From positions 288,001-352,000 of the forward strand of contig CAVYKI010000003.1 of assembly GCA_963769025.1 (NCBI GenBank): a stretch of DNA of 64,000 nucleotides. Direction: 5' to 3'. The notes below the pieces were generated by a model. The model was not told the origin of the DNA. It searched no databases and saw nothing but the letters and a program-made list of their open reading frames with translations. This DNA is from an uncultured Verrucomicrobiae bacterium. Lineage in GTDB: Bacteria; Verrucomicrobiota; Verrucomicrobiia; Chthoniobacterales; Chthoniobacteraceae. A program made the translations under genes and the position numbers. Position 1 is the stretch's first letter. Every line of letters starts with the position of its first letter. Below, in pieces: positions 55,878 to 64,000 of this stretch.

Positions 55878-58742
55878 TCAGAGCCGCCCCGGAACGCGCG
55901 CGGGCGATGGCAGCGGCGCGATGGGAAGTCCTTCGCGGATGATTTCGATGCCGCTCAGGACTGTTTCGCCGACGTGCGGCGTGAGTGCGACGGTCAGCGT
56001 GCCGTCCGTCACGGAGACTTTCGGAATGGTCTTCGTGAGGGCGCGCATCACGCCGCCCGATTCGGCAAACACGTCGAACTTTTCCAGCGCGACATTGTTC
56101 TGCACGCGCACGTCGAAGCGACGGGCACCCGTTTTCCCCGCAGCGTCGGGCTCGGCGAAGACCAGACGCACCACGTAGGTCGCGGCTTTCAGGCCGGAGA
56201 CGGTCACGGTGCGCAGACCTTTGCAACCCGAGGCGGCGACCCACGGCCAGCCTTCGCCGCCTTCGATCCAGACGGAGTGACGGTAGTACATTTCCGGTGC
56301 GGCGGGCTCGGTGCGCACCGCGATTTCGGGCGATGGCCCGCCGACGGATGGGTGGTCGAGCCACAGCGTGCCGTCGTCGGTCTTGCGATCGCCGGGCGCG
56401 CCGAAGTTCACGCCGATGCGCTCGATCTTCCCCGCGAGCGCAGCGCCCGGGACCGCGCCCCATGAAGTCCATTGCTCGAAAGTGGGCGGCAGGCTCACGA
56501 GCGAGAGCGCCATCGGCAGCGGATAGCTGCATGTGCAGCCCTCGTAAAAATATGGCACGTTCAGAAGGCCGTTTGCGGGCACGATGCTGTTCGTGCAGCC
56601 GGAGCGCGGGCCGCTGATGTGGATCGTGCCACTGTCGAGCCGCTTGTCGTAAAACGCCGCGGTGCCCGAGCGCATCGTGTAGATGAGCCCGTAATCGAAG
56701 CCGCCGTCGCAGCCGTAGCTCTTCGGAAAGACACGCAGTTCGCTCTGCCCCGTGAGCGGATCGGTGCGCATCCCCGCTTTCGGCGCATCGGGCTTCCAAT
56801 CATTTTTCTGCTGCGGCGGACGGTACTGGCTCGGCTGGATCGTCTGGAGATCCAGTGTGGAAAAACTTTTGCGCACGTCCGCGGCCTCGCCCTCGGCGAG
56901 AACGCGGCCCGTGTAAACATCGCTGAAGACCGGCGGCAGGAGGCGGTAGTCCACCGCGCCCTTCCGCGTGGAGGCGTCGAGCCAGTCCTTGTCGGAGGTG
57001 ATCATGACGCCATCGACGAACTTCGGCTGCGGCGAGCGTTTGAAGTGGCCGAGGGTGTCGTCGAACCACAGCACGCCGAGCGGTGCTTTCACCAGAGCGT
57101 CCTCGCTGGGCGACCAGTCGCCTGTGTAGTTCGTGCTGCCCTCGAGCGCGCCCTCGCGCGTGATCACCGCGAGGCCGTTCACGTGCGCTTTGATTTCTGC
57201 GCGCGGGAGGCGGGCGGCTTTTGCAATTTCGAGGAGCGCCGCCGGACCGACGAGACGGCCACCGTAGGGCCGCAGCCATGCGTAGATTCGTTCCAGCGCG
57301 GCGGCATCGGGCAGCGGCGCATCGGGCGCGATCACAACGAGATTGGCGAAGTAGGGCGGCAGGCCCGAGGCGGCGGGCGCGATCTGGCGCGAGGCGACGC
57401 GTTCACCGTAGAGGCCGGCAGCGACCAGGCGTTGCCGCGCGGATTGGATGTCCGTTCCCGCCGGCGCGAGGCCGAGAATCTTGAATTGGCTTTGTGCTGC
57501 GAGTGCTTCGACGAAAGCGTCCGCACCCAATCCCACGACCACGGCATGTCCGCGCTCCGCCCCGCAGGCGGCCAACACCTTTTCGGCGTCACCGCCGTCG
57601 GACTTTGGCGCAAGCTTCTCCTGCTTCCAATGCTTCGCTTTGCCCTGTGCATTATCCTGCGCCGCGAGCGCGAAAAGCTGCCCGTCTTCGGTGACGACAA
57701 AGCATTTTTCATCAGCCGCGATTACACTGTGCACCTTGCCCGAAACGCCGGGAAACGGTTCGTCGAAGCTCCACTCGCGGTCGCCGGCGCGCAGGCTGCG
57801 ACGGATGCCGGGCAGGCCTTCCTCACGCGGTTTGTCCTCGTGGCGCTTGGCGTTGACCTCGCTGTCGAAGAGCAGTCCGCGCCGTTTCAGCTTCTGCTCT
57901 TCCTTCGCATCCGGAGTCGAGGCGAACCATCCGCCGGGGAGTCGTCCGGCGGCGGGCAGTGCGAACTCTTTCAGCACGCCCGTCGCGAGGTCGAAGCGCG
58001 CGGGATACGCGGAGCTGCTCGGCACGACGAGATCCGCGCCATCGATCAAGACGTAGCCCTGCGGTGCGACGCCGCCGAAGGCCTCGGCCTGGTGCGGATG
58101 CACGCCGTAGAGATAGCCCGTGCGGTCATTCAGCCAGAGGACGCGTCCTGTCGCGGCATCGAGGCAATATACGAAAACGCCTTCCAGCGGCCAGACGCCG
58201 GCGGCGAAATAGACGCGCCCGTCGCTCAGCACCGGGCCGCCGCGAATCGGCCACACGGAAATGAGCCGCCCATTTCCGAGGAGCTGGCGATCCGAAGGCA
58301 CGGCGCGCTTTTCCCACAGCAGCTTGCCGGTGTCCGCGGCGACGCATCGCAACACGCCGTCGTCCGAGCCGAAGATCACGCGGCCGTCGCCTGCGACAGG
58401 AGCAAAGCGCACCGGGCCGTCGGCAAACACCCGCCAGATTTCCGCGCCGGTTTCCGTGTCGTAGGCGGTGACACTGTCCTCGCGCGACGACGCGATGAAG
58501 AGGCGCTTGCCGAGGACGATGGGCTCGTAGCTGCGGTCGAACTGCAGGCGCACATCGCGATAGGCAGGCTTCAACGCCGGCAGGTCGCGTGTCCACAGCA
58601 CGGCCATCTTTTCCGGCAGCGCGGGCGTCACACTCGCCGTCCGCCCCGCGTCGGCCCGCCACATCGGCCAGTCCGCGGCGTCCACAAGGCGGCTCACGAG
58701 GAGAATGAATGCGAAAAGAAAGCGAGGAGGAACGGATTTCAC
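55878..58742 (-). CDS. Secreted PQQ-like propeller + methyltransferase-like + Cys motif + malectin-like domain (paralogue B)
   Basis: DWPMWRADAGRT, LRPYGG, YGC...RSGCTN...CTCSY, RIGVNFGAPGDR, YVVRLVFAEP..RRFDV. Confidence 0.85.
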   Translation of the reverse strand: MKSVPPRFLFAFILLVSRLVDAADWPMWRADAGRTASVTPALPEKMAVLWTRDLPALKPAYRDVRLQFDRSYEPIVLGKRLFIASSREDSVTAYDTETGAEIWRVFADGPVRFAPVAGDGRVIFGSDDGVLRCVAADTGKLLWEKRAVPSDRQLLGNGRLISVWPIRGGPVLSDGRVYFAAGVWPLEGVFVYCLDAATGRVLWLNDRTGYLYGVHPHQAEAFGGVAPQGYVLIDGADLVVPSSSAYPARFDLATGVLKEFALPAAGRLPGGWFASTPDAKEEQKLKRRGLLFDSEVNAKRHEDKPREEGLPGIRRSLRAGDREWSFDEPFPGVSGKVHSVIAADEKCFVVTEDGQLFALAAQDNAQGKAKHWKQEKLAPKSDGGDAEKVLAACGAERGHAVVVGLGADAFVEALAAQSQFKILGLAPAGTDIQSARQRLVAAGLYGERVASRQIAPAASGLPPYFANLVVIAPDAPLPDAAALERIYAWLRPYGGRLVGPAALLEIAKAARLPRAEIKAHVNGLAVITREGALEGSTNYTGDWSPSEDALVKAPLGVLWFDDTLGHFKRSPQPKFVDGVMITSDKDWLDASTRKGAVDYRLLPPVFSDVYTGRVLAEGEAADVRKSFSTLDLQTIQPSQYRPPQQKNDWKPDAPKAGMRTDPLTGQSELRVFPKSYGCDGGFDYGLIYTMRSGTAAFYDKRLDSGTIHISGPRSGCTNSIVPANGLLNVPYFYEGCTCSYPLPMALSLVSLPPTFEQWTSWGAVPGAALAGKIERIGVNFGAPGDRKTDDGTLWLDHPSVGGPSPEIAVRTEPAAPEMYYRHSVWIEGGEGWPWVAASGCKGLRTVTVSGLKAATYVVRLVFAEPDAAGKTGARRFDVRVQNNVALEKFDVFAESGGVMRALTKTIPKVSVTDGTLTVALTPHVGETVLSGIEIIREGLPIAPLPSPARVPGRL

Positions 58743-58832
58743 TGGAGAAGTATGAAGCGCATACCTGCCGGACCGCTAATCCTTTGCTGACAACTCTTCC
58801 CCGTGGCACCGTCGCATTGCCATTTCCCTCCC

Positions 58833-59891
58833 ATGAATCGTTCTCGCCTGTCTGCCATCTGGATTTCGCTCGTGCTCAGCCTCGCGAGCGGCACCGCCGC
58901 GCGCGCGTGTCAGGTGCCGGTGTTCCGCTACGCCTTGGAGCGCTGGGCTCCGGCGGAATACCGCGTCTCCGTCCCATCTGCCGAGACCGTGCTGACCGAT
59001 GCGGAAAAAAAAGCGTTGGAACTTCTTCGGGCATCGCCGCGCGATGCGACGAATCCTGTGAATCTCGCAATCGAAGCCGATCCACCCCCACCCGGCGCGA
59101 GCGGTCCCGCGCAGTTTGTCCTCCATTATCCGCAGAAGGCGCGCGACCCGCGCAAGCAGGTGATCTGGCAGGCGCCGTTGACGGAACAGAACGTGCAGCG
59201 CCTCCTCGATTCCCCCCTGCGTCGCGAAATGCGAAGCCGCCTGCTCGCCGGGCAATCCGCCGTGTGGGTCCTCGTCGAAAGCGGCGACGCAGCGAAGGAC
59301 AATGCCGCCGCCAGCGTGATGACCGCCGCACTCGATCATGCGCAATCGTCGCTCAAGCTCCCCGATGGCGTGATCCCTGCCAGCGAGGCAGCCAAAGGCG
59401 CCGGCGCGAAAGGCAACGAACAGGCGGACGCGCTCCGCTCCGATCTGCCGCTGAAGATCGAATTCTCCCTCCTGCGGCTTCAGCGCAATGATCCCGCAGA
59501 GGCGACGCTGCTCGCGATGCTCACGCACTTGGAAGACGACCTGGTCGATCTTGCCAGCGAGCCGATGGTGTTTCCCGTCTTCGGTCGCGGACGCGTGATC
59601 GAGCCGCTCATCGGTGCCGGCATCACCAAGGAAAATGTGATGGAGCATTCCGGCTATCTTTGCGGCGCGTGCTCCTGCGAAGTCAAAGACCAGAACCCCG
59701 GGATCGATCTCCTCGTCGCCGCGAATTGGGAACCGGTGGACACCACGCCAAAGCTCGAGATCATCCGCATCGCACCGGAAGCCGCAGTGGTCCCTGCACG
59801 ACCGTCGATGCTCCTGCCCGCCGTGGGTGCCAGCGTCCTGCTGCTGGGCTGCGCGGCCTGGCTGCTCCGCCGGCGCGGAGCGGTGCAATGA
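58833..59891 (+). CDS. Secreted Cys-motif protein with a C-terminal membrane anchor (hypothetical)
   Basis: Signal peptide, then CQVPVFRYALERW; FPVFGRGR; CGACSCEVKDQNPG; C-terminal hydrophobic helix + RRR. Confidence 0.8.
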   Translation: MNRSRLSAIWISLVLSLASGTAARACQVPVFRYALERWAPAEYRVSVPSAETVLTDAEKKALELLRASPRDATNPVNLAIEADPPPPGASGPAQFVLHYPQKARDPRKQVIWQAPLTEQNVQRLLDSPLRREMRSRLLAGQSAVWVLVESGDAAKDNAAASVMTAALDHAQSSLKLPDGVIPASEAAKGAGAKGNEQADALRSDLPLKIEFSLLRLQRNDPAEATLLAMLTHLEDDLVDLASEPMVFPVFGRGRVIEPLIGAGITKENVMEHSGYLCGACSCEVKDQNPGIDLLVAANWEPVDTTPKLEIIRIAPEAAVVPARPSMLLPAVGASVLLLGCAAWLLRRRGAVQ

Positions 59892-59966
59892 GCGGCGTTT
59901 CGTAAACTGCAGGCAGAGCCCCGTCCGGCCGTCCATTCTCCCCACTCCTTTCCACCGCCACGTCCG

Positions 59967-62900
59967 ATGTTATCCCGTCCCCATTCCCTTCCCGCCGCGT
60001 TCGCGCTTTTCCTCGTCTCCCTCACGATCTCAAACGCGGAGGACTGGCCGATGTGGCGCTACGACGCGGGACGCACGGCGGCTTCATCGGAAAAACTCGC
60101 CGTCCGCTCTGCACCTGCAGTGGGAACGGAAGTACGCGCCGCGGGTGCAGGTCTGGGACGACCCGCTCAATCACGACCTGATGACTTACGACAAGGTCTC
60201 GAGCCCGTCGTCCTCGGCAGCCGCGTGTTCATCGGCTTCAACGACATGGACAAGGTGGTCGCGCTGGACTTGGAAACCGGCAGGGAGCTCTGGACTTTTT
60301 TCACCGGCGGCCCCGTGCGGATGCCGCCAGTCGCGTGGAAGGACAAGGTCTACGTCACCAGCGACGACGGTTTTCTCTACTGCCTCTCCGCCGCCGATGG
60401 CGCGCTGCTCTGGTCGTTCCGCGGCGGTCCGTCCGACCGCAAGGCGCTCGGCAACGGGCGTCTCGTCTCCGCATGGCCGGCGCGTGGCGGGCCGGTGATT
60501 CGTGACGGCCAGGTCTATTTCGCCGCCAGCATCTGGCCGTTCATGGGCACATTCCTTTACGCGCTGGATGCGGAAACCGGAAAGGTCATCTGGGTCAATG
60601 ACGGCACCGGTTCGCAGTTCATCAAGCAGCCGCACAGCGCGCCGTCATTTGCCGGCGTGGCCCCGCAGGGCGCCCTGGTCGCCACGGAAAAAATGCTCGT
60701 CGTCCCTGGCGGACGCTCCGTGCCTGCCGGTTTCGATCGCAAGACGGGCGCGCTCGTCCACTTCAATCTCAACGACGGCGGCAAGGGCAACGGCGGATCC
60801 TTCGTCGCTGCGGGCGAGAAGAATTTCTACGTCCACACGCGGCTCCGCGGCGTCCGCACCTATGATCTGCCGACGGGCAAGGCGTCGAAGTCCACCTGCA
60901 ACGAGCCCGTCATCGCCGGCGACCGCCTGTATTCCGCTGCGGAATCGAAGGAAGGCACCGCCGTCGTGCGCGAACTTGGCACCAGCGACAAAATCAACTG
61001 GGAGATCGAGGCGGACGCCTCGGGCGATCTGATCAAGGCCGGCGATCATCTTTACGCCGCCGGGAAAAACGGCATCACCGCCATCCGCCTGCCGGAGGCG
61101 AATGGAGCGCCTTCGATCGCGTGGACACTCCCCGTGCAGGGCGAAGTCCTCCGCCTGCTCGCGGCGAACGGCAAACTCATCGCCGTCACGATGGATGGCC
61201 GCATCCTGGTCTTTGGCGACAAGGCCGTGCCGCATCAAAATGCGATGACCGGGACGGCAATCGCGCTCCAACCCGCTCCGGTTGCCGTCGCGAAAGCGCG
61301 GGAGTTGCTGAAGCTCGCGACAGAACCCGCAAGGCTCCATCCTCTGCCACGGCACCGATGATTGGGAACTCATCGAGGCGCTGATCCACGAGTCGGCGAT
61401 GCAGATCGTCATCGTCGAACCGGACGCCGCCAAGGTGGAGACGCTGCGCCGCCGGCTCGATGCCGCAGGACTGAACGGCATCCGCGCGACCGTGCATCAC
61501 GGCACGCCGACGTCGTTCATGCCGCCGCAATATTTCGCACAACTCGTCGTCGTCAGTCCTTCCGCGGCGGCATCGCTGAAGGACGAGACGGTGCTCCGGC
61601 AGGTGTATCAGGGCGTGCGTCCGTACGGCGGCGTGCTGTGCCTGCCGTCAGCGGATCCGGAGTTTCCCGAGCTCGTCAAAAAGACCGCGCTCGAACAGGC
61701 CACGCTGCGCCGGCGGAAAATCACCTCCTCGTCGTCCGCGAAGGAGCGCTGCCGGGTTCGGCCGACTGGACGCATCAGTATGGCGACATCGGCAACACCG
61801 TGAAATCCGACGACCGTCTCGTGAAGGCGCCGCTCGGCATCCTGTGGTTTGGCGGCAGCTCGAACCTCGACGTGCTGCCGCGCCACGGCCACGGACCGCC
61901 CGAGCAGATCGTCGGCGGACGCCTTTTCATCGAGGGCATGAACAGCATCAGCGCGCGCGATGTGTACACCGGCAGCGTGCTGTGGAAACACGACTTCGGC
62001 GATCTCGGCACGTTCGGGATCTATTACAACGAGACCTACGCGGACACGCCGCTGAGCACGGCCTACAATCAAAAGCACATCCCCGGAGCGAATGGCCGCG
62101 GCAGCAATTACGTCGCCACCGCCGACACCGTCTATGTCGCCGTCCGCGGCGAATGCCACGCGCTCGACGCCCGCACCGGAGCGGTCCGCCAAAAGATCCA
62201 ACTCCGCCCGCAGCGGGACACGACCGCTCCCGCGGACTGGGGCTTCATCGGCGTGCTCGACGACGTCCTGCTCGGCGGCGACGGCTTCGCGCACTACAGC
62301 CTCAAACTCGGTGCCGCCGCCACGCTCAAAGCGACGCCCATCGACGACTACTCCGCCAGCGACGGCCTCGCCGCCTTTGACCGGCACACGCGGCACACTG
62401 CTCTGGCGCGTGAAGGCGCGGCACAGCTTCCTGCACAATGGCATCGTCGCCGGCAACGGCCGCATCTACTGCCTCGACAAGCTCACCACGTATGCCGAAG
62501 GGCTGCTCAAGCGCCGCGGCACCCCGATGCCCGCCGACTATCGCATCGTCGCGCTCGACGCGCAAACCGGAACCGTGCTTTGGGAGCAGACAGGCGAACA
62601 TCTTCGGCACGTGGCTCGGCTACTCCAAACAGAACGACATCCTGCTCCAGGCCGGAGCAAAAGCCAGCGACCGCCTCGCCAGCGAAGTCGGCGACGGAAT
62701 GATCGCCTATCGCGGCGGCGACGGCGGCATCCTCTGGCAGGATCTGAAAAACAAATACACCGGCCCCTGCATCCTGCACAACGACCTCATCTTCACCGGC
62801 GCGAATTCCTACGCGAATTCGAACGGCGTCCTCAATCTGAAGGACGGCAAGCCGCATCTCGTGCGCAATCCGCTCACCGGAAAAATGGAGCCGTGGCGCA

Positions 62901-63869
62901 TCAATCGCACGTATGGATGCAACACCGTCGTCGCGAGCGAAAACCTGCTCACCTACCGCTCCGGCGCCGCGGGATTCTACGACCTCGAAACCATGAGCGG
63001 CACGGCGAACCTCGGCGGCTTCAAGTCCGGCTGCACCTCGAACCTCGTCGTCGCGAACGGCGTGCTCAATGCGCCCGACTACACGCGCACCTGCACCTGC
63101 TCGTATCAAAACCAGACGTCGCTCGCGCTCGTCCACATGCCCGAGATCGAGATGTGGACCTACAGCCAGTTCGGGCTCGACGGCAAGGACGGCGAGCGCA
63201 TCCAGCGCGTCGGGATCAATTTCGGCGCGCCCGGCGATCGCCGCGCACCCGACGGCACGCTCTGGCTCGAATATCCCGACTACCGACGACGGCATCTCGC
63301 CCGGACTCGCCATCGAGATCAAGGGCGGCAAGGTCGACTGGTTTCGCCGCCACTCCTCGCAGATCACCGGCACGTCACTTCCGTGGGTGGGTGCGTCCGG
63401 ATTCACCGGAGCCGTCGAGATCATCATCCGCCCCGCGCTCCGGAAAGGGGAGCTGAAGAAGCCGCCGACATCCAAGAAGAAGAGCGACGACGATGACGAT
63501 GAACCTGCCGGCGTGATCGCGAAGATCGTGAGCAAGCTGTCCACGCCGCCAATCACGCCGGCGGTGAAACCGGCGGCGAAGCCCGTCGCCCCCGCTGCCC
63601 TTCCGCCAGCCCGCTACACGGTGCGCCTGCACTTCGCGGAGCCCGACGACCTCGCCGCGGGCAAGCGCGTCTTCTCCGTCGCACTCCAAGGCAAAAATGT
63701 CCTCGGAAATTTCGACATCGCCCGCGAAGCCGGAGCGTCGGCGAAAACACTCGTGCGCGAGTTTCCCGCCGTCGTCATCGGCAACGCCCTCAGCATCCGG
63801 CTCACGCCATCGGCCGGTTCCACAGCGGCTCCCGTCCTTTGCGGGGTCGAATTGGTCGCCGAGAAATAA
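59967..63869 (+). CDS. Secreted PQQ-like propeller + methyltransferase-like + Cys motif + malectin-like domain (paralogue C); many frameshifts
   Basis: DWPMWRYDAGRT, VRPYGG, WTHQYG, YGC...KSGCTS...CTCSY, RVGINFGAPGDR, YTVRLHFAEP, stitched from ORFs 59967, 61399, 61362, 62092, 62438 and 63069. Confidence 0.8.
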
Positions 63870-63884
63870 GCCGCGGCAGCACCG

Positions 63885-64000
63885 TCAGGATCGGCCGCGT
63901 GCGGACGCTCCGAGGGCGCCGGCTACTTCGAGGAAGACGAGCTCCTTGATCCCCTCGGGCGTGAAATCGCGGTCGGTGTACTTCACGTCGTGCTTGATTT
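63885..64000 (-). CDS. C-terminal end of a gene that continues beyond the window; product unknown
   Basis: Open frame IKHDVKYTDRDFTPEGIKELV with host-like codon usage; exact stop uncertain. Confidence 0.5.
   Translation of the reverse strand, partial: IKHDVKYTDRDFTPEGIKELVFLEVAGALGASARGRS

Noticed and set aside
50654..58742. Calling the propeller proteins BamB or classical PQQ alcohol dehydrogenases
   Set aside because: No lipobox, much larger than BamB, extra domains, and no vicinal Cys-Cys motif typical of PQQ alcohol dehydrogenases

Overview
GC-rich bacterial DNA. The gene content (DUF1501, planctomycete cytochrome/DUF1549/DUF1553 proteins, PVC-type CxxCH proteins, sulfatases, GTAG REP elements) points to the PVC superphylum, most likely Verrucomicrobiota; this is inferred, not searched. 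The left part (1-36.2 kb) is mostly core or semi-core: uvrA, a TPR protein, a class V aminotransferase, tricorn protease, miaA, an RRM protein, trxA, a dynamin-like GTPase, phoD, PPi-type PEPCK, pabB, tRNA-Pro(TGG) and tRNA-Glu(CTC). After tRNA-Glu comes an accessory catabolic region with two parts. The first is an ~11 kb minus-strand operon: ECF sigma, FecR/LamG anti-sigma, cytochrome/DUF1549 protein, a sulfatase fragment, a GH16 kappa-carrageenase-like enzyme, a cytochrome/DUF1549/DUF1553 protein, DUF1501 and a sulfatase. The second is a cluster of three large secreted propeller + SAM-methyltransferase-like + Cys-motif propeller (+/- malectin) paralogues with a Cys-rich membrane-anchored partner. 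These two loci are the best candidates for an uncharacterised system. Many single-base frameshifts (probably long-read consensus errors) and three large internal deletion junctions limit interpretation. No CRISPR array, rRNA or intact mobile element was seen. All family assignments come from motif recognition by eye.
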